The notes: generated from the letters alone by a model not told the origin. DNA of 24,000 bases from Methylophaga sp. (GCF_002696735.1 NZ_NZSL01000019.1); one strand, 5' to 3'. Shown: positions 7,511 to 15,352, numbered from the stretch's first letter. Numbers and translations: made by a program.

Positions 7511-7957
7511 TTGGACACAGGTAAATATGTGTTGATCAGCAATCCATCTATCTCGATACACGACTCCACCCAATACGGTGGTGGTTACGCCCCAGGTGTC
7601 GATAATGGCGATGGAACGTTCACTGCCCATATAGCACGTGACAACCTCATTGATGCTATGCAGAAGTGTATTGAAATTGCAGCTGCAGGTGAGCCAGGAA
7701 AAGACAGTAAACCAGTTAAGAAGAATGTGCCGATTACCATTATCAAGCGAGTGATTACCTTCTCCCCTGCCGGTGAGCATCCCAAAGCCAGTGTTGTTAT
7801 GAAGGTGCCAGGGAAGCCAAAAATCACTAAACGCAGCAGCAGCTGTATTCACTTCGCTATCGGTGAGCGTTCGTTCATTGCAGATAAAGCGTCTTGGATG
7901 TCTCGCAAGGAAAATGGCTTTATCTATGCCTTGGAATCAGGCGTTACAGGGATTTAA
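7511..7957 (+). CDS. Hypothetical protein (~148 aa; start codon uncertain)
   Basis: The frame is open from 7445, but the N-terminal region has no ATG. Candidate starts are TTG 7511, GTG 7529 or TTG 7532, none with a clear SD. The sequence looks protein-like (GGGYAPGVDNGDGTFTAHIARDNLIDAMQKCIEIAAAGEPG...). The stop overlaps the start region of the next gene. Confidence 0.5.
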   Translation: MDTGKYVLISNPSISIHDSTQYGGGYAPGVDNGDGTFTAHIARDNLIDAMQKCIEIAAAGEPGKDSKPVKKNVPITIIKRVITFSPAGEHPKASVVMKVPGKPKITKRSSSCIHFAIGERSFIADKASWMSRKENGFIYALESGVTGI

Positions 7958-7959
7958 CT

Positions 7960-8178
7960 ATGTCGAGAAAAACGTTAATAGAACATTTAAATAATGAGTG
8001 TCTTACAGAGACATTCACTTTTTTTGGTGTGATGGTTTGGGCTAAGCCAGATGAACTGGAAGAATGGAAAGAAGTGTTTCATGTGCTGGTGGATGAAGGA
8101 GTGGTTGTTCCAGTGGAGCAAAAGATGCTGGGTATAGTTTATCGGTATGTAGGTGAATTTGACGCGGAGTTAATCTAA
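7960..8178 (+). CDS. Hypothetical protein (72 aa)
   Basis: ATG at 7960, 2 nt after the upstream stop: MSRKTLIEHLNNECLTETFTFFGVMVWAKPDELEEWKEVFHVLVDEGVVVPVEQKMLGIVYRYVGEFDAELI. The 94-aa track ORF starts too early, inside the upstream gene. Confidence 0.55.
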   Translation: MSRKTLIEHLNNECLTETFTFFGVMVWAKPDELEEWKEVFHVLVDEGVVVPVEQKMLGIVYRYVGEFDAELI

Positions 8179-8414
8179 ACATAACTAAAAAAGCCCCACC
8201 CTGTATAGGGCATAAAATGTTCTTTTATAGGGATAGTGGTTATGAATATTACCAATACATAAAGCATCTTTATATGGTCATTTAAGTGTGCTATATTGAA
8301 CTAAGAGAGGGTAGCTGGTTTGGTCAAGGAAGCCTGATCAGTTAAGGAGCAAAAAACCATGATGGACTGACTAGGCTGGTGTGATAAGCGTAGTCAGGAA
8401 GAGGAGTAGCGGAG

Positions 8415-8669
8415 ATGAGAAAGGTAAGTGCCGTCTTGTCTTCAGTGACTATTGGTATTACAGAGCTTAAGCGTAATCCGATGGTTGTTGTCGACGAATC
8501 AGATGGGGAAACTGTTGCTGTTTTAAACAGGAACAAAGCGGTGTTTTATGCGGTTCCCGCGGAAGCGTATGAGGCAATGATTGAGCGGCTGGAAGATGCA
8601 GAACTTGCTGCCCTTGTGCGTGCGAGGGAGCAACAGCCTCGTATAGAAGTGGATTGGGATGACCTATAG
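8415..8669 (+). CDS. stbD: Phd/YefM/StbD-family antitoxin
   Basis: ITELKRNPMVVVDESDGETVAVLNRNKAVFYAVPAEAYEAMIERLEDAELAALVRAREQQP is the classic StbD/YefM fold pattern. The gene overlaps the relE start by 11 nt. Confidence 0.85.
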   Translation: MRKVSAVLSSVTIGITELKRNPMVVVDESDGETVAVLNRNKAVFYAVPAEAYEAMIERLEDAELAALVRAREQQPRIEVDWDDL

Positions 8670-8946
8670 TTTAAGATTTACTGAAGACTCCAAGAAGGAA
8701 TGGGACAAGCTTGATGCGGGGATCAGAAAGAAGCTCGCAAAAAAGTTGAAAGATCGGCGTGAAAACCCTCGGGTACCGTCGGCGAAGCTTGTTGGAATGA
8801 AAGATTCATACAAGATAAAGCTTAGAGATGATGGTTATCGACTGGTCTATACGGTTGTTGATGAAACCATCACCATCGATGTAATTACTGTTGGTAAGCG
8901 TAATAAAAACTTAGTTTATAAGAAAGCATTAAAGCGAATAGGATAA
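8659..8946 (+). CDS. relE: RelE/StbE-family mRNA-interferase toxin
   Basis: MTYSLRFTEDSKKEWDKLDAGIRKKLAKKLKDRRENPRVPSAKLVGMKDSYKIKLRDDGYRLVYTVVDETITIDVITVGKRNKNLVYKKALKRIG aligns along its whole length with E. coli RelE as I remember it (LDFDERALKEWRKL...YKIKLRSSGYRLVYQV...VGKRERSEVY). Confidence 0.9.
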   Translation: MTYSLRFTEDSKKEWDKLDAGIRKKLAKKLKDRRENPRVPSAKLVGMKDSYKIKLRDDGYRLVYTVVDETITIDVITVGKRNKNLVYKKALKRIG

Positions 8947-8965
8947 ATTAAGGTTATTATCAATA

Positions 8966-9457
8966 TCACAAATCCTTTAGGTAGCGCTGTGACTCTCTGT
9001 TTTTCCAAGATTCTAATAGTCTGAGTTGAGCTGCTGTAAGATTATTGGACAGTTTGTCTAAAAGTAGATTGAGTTGGAGCAGGTCTTGGCTATCGTTGAG
9101 CCAATCATCCAGAACGATAAAGCTTGCCTGTTTGTCTCTAAGCAAACTATCAGCTATTAAATCAGCAATTGCTCTCGGATGAGTAGCTGCATATGCTTTA
9201 TCCCCATCAAAGACAATACCTAGGTTCTTTAAAACCTGGCCGCATTCCTCAATGCCATTACTTTCATATAAGCTAATGGTATTTACTTCAGCACCAATAC
9301 CAGCATAGAAACCACGCGTATATCCATTTTCTGAAAAAACGCTTTGAAAATGCCAATCACCAGAACCTGATGGGGATGGGATGTTAAGGGATGCTAGTCC
9401 ACTTAAATAGAACTTTGGTGAGGTTTGTTTTAGGTGAATCAAGGGATATACCTGCAC
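8966..9457 (-). CDS. Hypothetical protein (163 aa, GTG start)
   Basis: Clean ORF, no recognised family and no obvious SD. Its upstream region is only 67 bp from the left inverted repeat of the ISL3 element. Confidence 0.55.
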   Translation of the reverse strand: MQVYPLIHLKQTSPKFYLSGLASLNIPSPSGSGDWHFQSVFSENGYTRGFYAGIGAEVNTISLYESNGIEECGQVLKNLGIVFDGDKAYAATHPRAIADLIADSLLRDKQASFIVLDDWLNDSQDLLQLNLLLDKLSNNLTAAQLRLLESWKNRESQRYLKDL

Positions 9458-9524
9458 TATCGAAAAGCTTCTACATAAATAATCATCTCTTTAAAGGAGC
9501 TTTTTTTGAAATTAAAATAATTAT

Positions 9525-9551
9525 GGCTATCCGGATTTTTTGGTTGATTGG
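9525..9551 (+). repeat. Left inverted repeat of the ISL3-family element
   Basis: Sequence match to the right inverted repeat (see the mobile_element entry). Confidence 0.8.
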
Positions 9552-9694
9552 CTCGACCCATAAGGTCGCAGCCAATCGCTTAACACAGCGGATTACTTGG
9601 TTGATGACACGCCTATAGGGAGGATTAGCCTCACTGGCCTCGCAATTTTCACTTGAGTAGATGAATAGCATAGAGCTAACTCTTGGGATCCCAC

Positions 9695-9747
9695 TTGACC
9701 AAGTATTCTTCCAGCAGGTAGATTTCATTATCTCAATATGTGTTGAG
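9695..9747 (+). promoter_or_regulatory. Putative promoter and ArsR operator
   Basis: TTGACC (9695-9700), 18 nt, TAGATT (9719-9724). The inverted repeat CTCAA-N6-TTGAG (9732-9747) lies between the -10 element and the arsR-like ATG. Confidence 0.3.
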
Positions 9748-9755
9748 TTATTGAA

Positions 9756-10130
9756 ATGAAAGAAGTCCAAGCGATTAATGCCTTTGCGGCAATTTCTCAA
9801 GAGACAAGACTTCGTATTATCCGGTTACTGGTGGTAACAGGAGCCAATGGATTGGCGGCGGGTGAGATAGGAAGCTCGCTCGGCGGTGTGCCATCGTCTC
9901 GGCTCTCTTTTCACCTCAGCCAGCTTGAACATGCTGGCCTCGTCGAAAAGCGACGAGAGGGACGCTCAATCATTTACAGCGCTATTTTCCCAGCACTGTC
10001 TGATCTCGTTGCGTTTCTAATGCACGACTGCTGTCAGGGTCACTGTGCCTACTGTGATAAAGCCATTGAGCTGTTTTCCAAGTGCGAAGGACGACCTACA
10101 TCAACTGAAAATGTGAACTTAAAAAAATGA
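9756..10130 (+). CDS. ArsR/SmtB-family metalloregulator with a C-terminal Cys cluster
   Basis: The winged HTH reads AISQETRLRIIRLLVVTGANGLAAGEIGSSLGGVPSSRLSFHLSQLEHAGLVEKRREGRSIIY. The C-terminal DCCQGHCAYC resembles the C-terminal As(III) site type of Acidithiobacillus ArsR rather than the helix-3 CVC site. Confidence 0.85.
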   Translation: MKEVQAINAFAAISQETRLRIIRLLVVTGANGLAAGEIGSSLGGVPSSRLSFHLSQLEHAGLVEKRREGRSIIYSAIFPALSDLVAFLMHDCCQGHCAYCDKAIELFSKCEGRPTSTENVNLKK

Positions 10131-11047
10131 TCCGATTAATTTCTTTCGTTGAATCCCATCTTGTGTGGTTCGTCATTGTTGTCGCTGGAATGGGATTAAT
10201 AATCCCTGAAACAGGAATATTCCTTGAGCCCTCTATTGGGTTATTACTGGCGTTGCTGATGCTCGTTATCAGCTTGACCTTCGATGCGCACGATGTACGG
10301 CTAGTACTTCGTAAGCCATCAAGACAGTTTTTGGCACTGGGTCTGGTCTATGGACCAATGTCGATCGCCGGATGGCTGACTGGCCGCCTATTTTTTGGGA
10401 GCGGCCCGCTGGCTGCTGGCCAAACCTTGCTTGGCACCCTGCCAACGGATGTTTCCTCTCCTCTTCTAGTGTTGATGGCGAGAGGCAATGTAGCGCTAGC
10501 TGCCGTTTTTAATGCAGTCAACACGGCGTTATCTCCGTTTATAGTTCCTTTCTTGTTTTTATCGCTGACAGGCATACAACTGGAGGTTCCTCTTGGCTCG
10601 ATTATCCTCGAATTGGTGCTGATTGTCCTCATTCCTACCGTCTTGGGTGTGAGCTTGCGTACAGGATTTCCGAAATTTTTTGCAAGGCATGATTCAGCTT
10701 ATGCGGGGCTTGGTTCAATTATATATCTCCTGATACTTCTCGCTGTGGTAGGTCCGAACGCAGAAACAATCATTGGTTATGGTTGGTACGCTTTTGTAAT
10801 TGCTGGAGCGGCCCTATGTCTAAACCTGATTGGCTACTTAGTAGGAATGGCTGCACGATTGCTAACCACTGATCGCAAAGAGGTAATCACATATCTATTT
10901 ACCGTGAGCAAAAAGGAATTCAGCATTGCTGCTGCCTTTGTAGCCGCATCCGGCCTGCCATCAGAAATAGCGATTCCAGCCACGTTTTTTGCAGTGATTC
11001 AAATGATTACCTCACCTATTGCGGCCAAGATTCTCGCAAGGGGCTGA
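10127..11047 (+). CDS. BASS/SBF (bile acid:Na+ symporter superfamily) permease, possibly a metalloid transporter
   Basis: 306-aa polytopic ORF. GTLPTDVSSPLLVLMARGNVALAAVFNAVNTALSPFIVPF fits the SBF signature region. It is translationally coupled to the ArsR gene (ATGA overlap). Confidence 0.7.
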   Translation: MIRLISFVESHLVWFVIVVAGMGLIIPETGIFLEPSIGLLLALLMLVISLTFDAHDVRLVLRKPSRQFLALGLVYGPMSIAGWLTGRLFFGSGPLAAGQTLLGTLPTDVSSPLLVLMARGNVALAAVFNAVNTALSPFIVPFLFLSLTGIQLEVPLGSIILELVLIVLIPTVLGVSLRTGFPKFFARHDSAYAGLGSIIYLLILLAVVGPNAETIIGYGWYAFVIAGAALCLNLIGYLVGMAARLLTTDRKEVITYLFTVSKKEFSIAAAFVAASGLPSEIAIPATFFAVIQMITSPIAAKILARG

Positions 11048-11079
11048 GAGCCTCTGGAGAAACGACTTAAGAAATTTTT

Positions 11080-12456
11080 ATGACTAGTCTACCTGTCAAT
11101 GTGTTGCAACTTAACAAGTATGACGTTTGGAATATTAAAGAGAGTGAGCATGACTATCATTTCCAAGTGGAAGCTAAAACTCCTATTGCTTGCGAGGAAT
11201 GCGGCGTAGAAGGTGAGTTCGTCAGGTTTGGAAAGCGTGATGTCGCCTATCGGGACCTCCACATTCATGGCAAACGGGTTACCCTCTGGGTAGTACGTCG
11301 CCGTTACACGTGCCGGGCCTGCGGCAAGACGTTTCGGCCCGCGCTCCCGGACATGGCGGATGACCATCGCATGACTCGCCGGCTATACAGCTACGTTGAA
11401 AAAAAGGCTTTCAATCACCCCTACGCCTATGTAGCCGATACCACGGGCCTCGATGAGAAGACCATACGCGACATCTTCAAGAAGAAGGCTGAGTTCCTGG
11501 CGATTTGGCACCGCTTCGAGACACCCCGCTGCCTGGGTATCGACGAGCTGTACCTGAACCGCCGCTACCGCTGCATCCTGACCAACTTGGAGGAGCGCAC
11601 CCTGTTGGACCTGTTGCCCGGTCGTCAGCAGGACGCGGTGACGAAGCGGCTCATGAGCATGACCGAGCGTGACAAGGTCGAGATCGTCAGTATGGATATG
11701 TGGAAGCCCTACCGCCGTGCCGTCCAGGCGGTGCTGCCACAGGCCCGCATCGTGGTCGATAAGTTCCATGTTGTGCGTATGGCCAACGAAGCCCTGGAAA
11801 AGATCCGCAAGGGGCTCAGGAAGGAGCTGACGGCCAACCAGCGACGAACCCTCAAGGGTGACCGGAAGATCCTGCTGAAGCGGGCTCACGACGTTTCAGA
11901 CCGCGAGCATCTCATCATGGAAACATGGACAGGGACCTTCCCCCAGCTCCTGGCAGCCTACGAGCACAAGGAGCGGTTCTACCACATCTGGGACTGTGCC
12001 ACCCGGCGTGATGCCGAGAAGGCACTGGCTGCCTGGATTGACGACATCCCGCAGGGACAGAAGAAAGTCTGGAAGGATCTTGTCAGCGCCGTCAGCGAAT
12101 GGCGTGAGGAGATGCTCACCTACTTCGAGACCGACATCCCGATCACCAACGCCTTCACGGAGTCGATCAATCGGCTGGCCAAGGACAAGAACCGCGATGG
12201 CCGGGGCTACTCATTCGAAGTGATGCGGGCCCGGATGCTATATACCACCAAGCACAAGAAGAAGGCGCCGCAGACCAAGCAATACCCCTTCCTGGGCAGG
12301 GCTACCATGACCTACAACATGGGCCTGCCCGATCCCGAGCAGAACTTCGGCGTCGATCTATCAACCTTCTGGCAGGACTATGCATTTGGATGGGTTTCAG
12401 TGCCCCTTCAACCAGTTAATCCGGATACCCATAGTTATTTGAGTGTTTTAATCTAG
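11080..12456 (+). CDS. tnpA: ISL3-family transposase
   Basis: N-terminal zinc ribbon (CEECG...YTCRACGKTF) and a DDE_Tnp_ISL3 core (LGIDELYL..., VSMDMWKPYRRAV, VVDKFHVVRMANEAL, TNAFTESINRLAKDKNRDGRGY). The ORF reads through the right inverted repeat and stops 26 nt outside the element. Confidence 0.92.
   Translation: MTSLPVNVLQLNKYDVWNIKESEHDYHFQVEAKTPIACEECGVEGEFVRFGKRDVAYRDLHIHGKRVTLWVVRRRYTCRACGKTFRPALPDMADDHRMTRRLYSYVEKKAFNHPYAYVADTTGLDEKTIRDIFKKKAEFLAIWHRFETPRCLGIDELYLNRRYRCILTNLEERTLLDLLPGRQQDAVTKRLMSMTERDKVEIVSMDMWKPYRRAVQAVLPQARIVVDKFHVVRMANEALEKIRKGLRKELTANQRRTLKGDRKILLKRAHDVSDREHLIMETWTGTFPQLLAAYEHKERFYHIWDCATRRDAEKALAAWIDDIPQGQKKVWKDLVSAVSEWREEMLTYFETDIPITNAFTESINRLAKDKNRDGRGYSFEVMRARMLYTTKHKKKAPQTKQYPFLGRATMTYNMGLPDPEQNFGVDLSTFWQDYAFGWVSVPLQPVNPDTHSYLSVLI
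12404..12430 (-). repeat. Right inverted repeat of the ISL3-family element
   Basis: The reverse complement GGGTATCCGGATTAACTGGTTGAAGGG matches the left inverted repeat. From memory, it resembles the GGGTATCCGGA-type ends of ISPpu12-like elements. Confidence 0.8.
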
Positions 12457-12544
12457 TCTGCATCTTAATTAATTTTCTATTGTCGTTCAATTTAAAATCA
12501 TATTACGTCTTAGGCAAACAAGCTTTTAGTCTTCAGATTAACGC

Positions 12545-12856
12545 TTATTTGATGCCCAGGAGTTGCCATACACCTATTGGTTGGCCAGATGTCTGAAATG
12601 AGCTATCAGTTAGAATCAGCTCCACTGGTTTATTGCAGAGTCTCGCCGCCTTTTGATACCGCTTGGAAATTGTAATGGCCTCAGCAACAGAATCAGCCGT
12701 TTCCATCAAAAAGCTGCCTGAAATGAGATATACAGACCCACTAAAACTCGGTTCAAAATGAATTAACGTGTTCTCTTGTCTGATATCAAGCTTGAACAAT
12801 GGCTCATTAAAGCTCGCATCAATGATGCCGGTTTTGGTTTTTAACATACTGCTCAT
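12545..12856 (-). CDS. Hypothetical protein (103 aa)
   Basis: Clean ORF. Its ATG overlaps the stop of the upstream reading frame (TTATGA). No family recognised. Confidence 0.6.
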   Translation of the reverse strand: MSSMLKTKTGIIDASFNEPLFKLDIRQENTLIHFEPSFSGSVYLISGSFLMETADSVAEAITISKRYQKAARLCNKPVELILTDSSFQTSGQPIGVWQLLGIK

Positions 12857-13158
12857 AATCTATGCTCGACTTGCTCGGTAAATCTTTCATGTAATGTGAT
12901 GATGGCTTGTTCAAGTGACTGCTGCTTTTGAATGACCTTTTTGTTGATAAGCTCTAAAAGGTCTTGCTTGATCAATGCAACATCACGTTTAGCTTCAAGC
13001 GCTAATAAATCAAGTTCTACGGCACATACACCGGTGTCCGGACTGCCTTAGTCGCTAAGTCTATTCAAAACATCAATGCTGGTGGTACTGTGGTTGTCAG
13101 CATCACCAGAGAATAAAATTAACTGAAGTACATTATCCAAAGAGTTGTAGTCCAGCAA
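12853..13158 (-). pseudogene. 102-codon reading frame with an internal in-frame TAA (codon 37), upstream partner of the 103-aa gene
   Basis: AAGGAGG, 5 nt, then TTG at 13158: LLDYNSLDNVLQLILFSGDADNHSTTSIDVLNRLSD, then TAA (13048-13050). The same frame continues GSPDTGVCAVELDLLALEAKRDVALIKQDLLELINKKVIQKQQSLEQAIITLHERFTEQVEHRL to a TGA that overlaps the next ATG. Confidence 0.5.
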
Positions 13159-13238
13159 GTTTGCCTCCTTGTAGCTGGGTGAAGGCTACCAACTTAAAAT
13201 TAACCGGCAATAATCAACCGAATATTAGTGGTAGCGGG

Positions 13239-14306
13239 TTAATCATCACTTCCGATATAAGCACTTGAAATGGATTCACGACTGTGGCCAAGGTTTTCAG
13301 AAACCATGAGCCTGGCGATCCTTTCTTCTATCTTGTCGATTTCCTGTGCCAGCTTTGGCACATCTTTCACTGCTGCAGGGTGGCCGGTGGTTCGTTCATA
13401 CAGTCTCTGTGCGTAACCGTGTCTCAGGCCGTGCGGTGTAATACCCGTTTCCCGCGAAATTCCATTTCTATTCATGATCCGGTAATAGTGTTTGATCCAA
13501 CGCTTTGGGTCTGAACGTCTGGGAATCATTGATTCGTTAGTGTCGTAGCAGTAACTTTGCAGCTCTTCCAGGTATTGACGTTGTTCTGCTGATTCAACAG
13601 GTAATGTTCTAGGCCGACCACCTTTGGTGCCACGTCGAACATGGATGAACTGACCTTCACGGTCATAATCCAGGTTTGGCCTGAACAGCATGGATTCTTT
13701 GGCTCGTAGTCCAAACAGATGCGCTAGCTTCAGTTGTCTACCGCAATATTTGCAGTCTTCTTCAACTTTTTGGATTACGTCGTTAATGTCGAACTTGTCA
13801 TCCCAGCTTTTATCTTCTGTAGCTACATATTGACGTTTCATTAATTCTGGCTTGGTAAATAGCTCTTCATCAGATAAGCCTTTAATCACAGCCTCTTTGC
13901 CCATCCACCCCAAAAAGACTCTCAAAATAGAAACTTTTTGGACTACAGAGGCGGGCTTCAGGTCTTCCCTGGCTTCCCAGAAATGTGTCAGGGCTTTTAC
14001 GTGCTTCTGACGAATATGGGTTGGCAATGTAATCCGATACCCCAGGTCATGCAGTGTCTGCGCCATAGAACGGATTTCATTAAATCTATTTGCCTTTGTT
14101 TTTTCTGCTACAGGCTTTTGACGTTTGGAATGCGTTGCATTGTGTCGATAAAGAACGTGCTGTACGTTGTAAACAAAGATGGTTCTCACCGTCCAAGGTT
14201 TACCGTGCCTGTTCAGGCGACCTCGCATTTCAGGTGCAGCAAATACATAGTCCCCCTCCGTCACAGTCAACGGCGGTTGAAATGGTTTATCTAATGGTTT
14301 TCCCAT
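13239..14306 (-). CDS. Tyrosine recombinase (phage-integrase family, 355 aa)
   Basis: The catalytic series is present: FGLRAKES (R), TKGGRPRT, HGLRHGYAQ (H-x-x-R), LGHSRESISSAYIG (H...Y). GGAGA precedes the ATG. Confidence 0.85.
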   Translation of the reverse strand: MGKPLDKPFQPPLTVTEGDYVFAAPEMRGRLNRHGKPWTVRTIFVYNVQHVLYRHNATHSKRQKPVAEKTKANRFNEIRSMAQTLHDLGYRITLPTHIRQKHVKALTHFWEAREDLKPASVVQKVSILRVFLGWMGKEAVIKGLSDEELFTKPELMKRQYVATEDKSWDDKFDINDVIQKVEEDCKYCGRQLKLAHLFGLRAKESMLFRPNLDYDREGQFIHVRRGTKGGRPRTLPVESAEQRQYLEELQSYCYDTNESMIPRRSDPKRWIKHYYRIMNRNGISRETGITPHGLRHGYAQRLYERTTGHPAAVKDVPKLAQEIDKIEERIARLMVSENLGHSRESISSAYIGSDD

Positions 14307-15269
14307 TTTTTTAATCTCCAGTTTTAATCAATTTTTCATAAGCAGTTTTTCCTCTCTAGTCACTCGTTAAAATCATCAGTAGTTATCAATCAATACCCAT
14401 ACGATAGGGAACTCTCATCAGGTGCAGCTCTTAACTGCGGCTAATTCTTAAACGTGAGTTATATCTTTCATGGAAGGTTTTGTTCAGACCCGACATGACG
14501 CTGCTATCACTGCAAAGCACTAGTAGATGGTCGACCTACTCCTTTACAGAATCTTTGATGATAGCCAGCCACCTAGTTCATCTCTGTCACAGATTTACAT
14601 GGTGTTCGGTTGGTTTTTGATACACACAAAAATACGATCGTGATTGAATTTGTTCCCAATAATCCCCGCCAGCAGGATGCTCGATCACGTTATGTCCGCC
14701 CTAGTAAAACGCTGCTCCGACAACAGACTTTGTTTACATCAGGTTTATGGCCAATCTTTTTGTGGTTTCGTATGGTTTACAGTCAAACCGTAGTTCGCTG
14801 TACTTCGATTGATGCGTGTCTCCATAGAGACAGCCCTACTTGTTGGACAGTGACCGCCGTAGCAATCCGATTAATACCGTGTCCGTAATGATTTTTAGAC
14901 ATAGAAATCCGTCAACATGCGTTTTCAGCATATTTACAGCTCTTTTTGTCTTTTTTTGAGTGAGCAACGTTCGGTGAACGTAGCTTAGAGAGAGCCATTT
15001 TTAATGCAGTTGGCTTGCTGCTCTCTTCAGACCCGGAGGGCCCTATTGAAGATTGGGCATATTTTCAGATCAACACCCCCTTGTCTGTCAAGGATTTTGT
15101 AGATCGGTTTTTTCTCAAAGTCTGGAATAAAGTTCTTATCTGAGCTGCATCGTCTTGTTTCGACTGTGGTTTCTGCTCTGGTTTTGCCCCTCAGTCTCCA
15201 CGGCAATTTTTTCCAATGCAACTTAGGTGCGTTTTTGAGAAAACTGACAATTATTTTATTTTCTAATAC

Positions 15270-15305
15270 TTCAGGTGTCCTGTAGGTGTCCTGCAGGACT
15301 TCTGG
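15270..15305. repeat. Iteron R1 (contains GTGTCCTGTAG-GTGTCCTGCAG-GAC and the 12-bp palindrome GTCCTGCAGGAC)
   Basis: TTCAGGTGTCCTGTAGGTGTCCTGCAGGACTT is repeated, with one mismatch, 83 bp downstream. Confidence 0.8.
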
Positions 15306-15352
15306 TGTTGTAAATCTCTGAATTTAATTTGGAGATTGTGGGAAATGAGATG

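Larger units (their letters stand above)
9525..12430 (+). mobile_element. ISL3-family IS carrying passenger genes (ArsR-type regulator, BASS-type permease, tnpA); 2906 bp
   Basis: Left inverted repeat GGCTATCCGGATTTTTTGGTTGATTGG (9525-9551) versus the reverse complement of 12404-12430, GGGTATCCGGATTAACTGGTTGAAGGG: 21/27 match. The flanking 8-bp repeats are ATAATTAT (9517-9524) and ATAGTTAT (12431-12438). An 8-bp duplication is typical of ISL3. Confidence 0.85.

Noticed and set aside
7457-7852. Minus-strand ORFs of 131 aa and 80 aa
   Set aside because: They overlap the more protein-like plus-strand frame, are Trp/Cys/Gly-rich, and are not preceded by any promoter or SD.
8185-8225. AAAAAAGCCCCACCCTGTATAGGGCAT as a terminator after the 72-aa gene
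   Set aside because: The stem is only 4-5 bp on either strand and the U-tract is interrupted. It resembles the start of the module A/B terminators (AAAAAAGCCCC) but is too weak to call.
9391-9800. ORFs 9391-9618(+) and 9483-9800(-)
   Set aside because: Both cross the left inverted repeat of the ISL3 element and the arsR promoter region. There is no SD, and the compositions are implausible.
11089-12223. ORFs 11089-11367(-), 11383-11889(-) and 11996-12223(+) within tnpA
   Set aside because: Long off-frame ORFs are expected in GC-rich DNA. Their Arg/Pro/Gly-rich products overlap a transposase frame that is clearly the real gene.
13284-14314. Four ORFs overlapping the tyrosine recombinase gene: 13284-13514(+), 13526-13714(-), 13938-14294(+) and 14090-14314(+)
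   Set aside because: They are antisense or off-frame overlaps of a gene that carries the full catalytic R-H-R-Y motif set.
14610-15221. ORFs 14610-14888(+) and 15027-15221(-) in the gene-poor gap
   Set aside because: They have non-ATG or context-free starts, and their odd compositions (Arg/Cys/Trp-rich) match no recognisable family. They are kept only as part of the gap finding.
15268-15276. The motif ACTTCAGG(T) recurs at 7298, 17393, 15268 and 15490 on the plus strand, with a variant at 15354
   Set aside because: Two of the occurrences are simply the paralogous leaders. The remaining matches are short and close to chance expectation. It may be a shared protein-binding motif, but I cannot support that.
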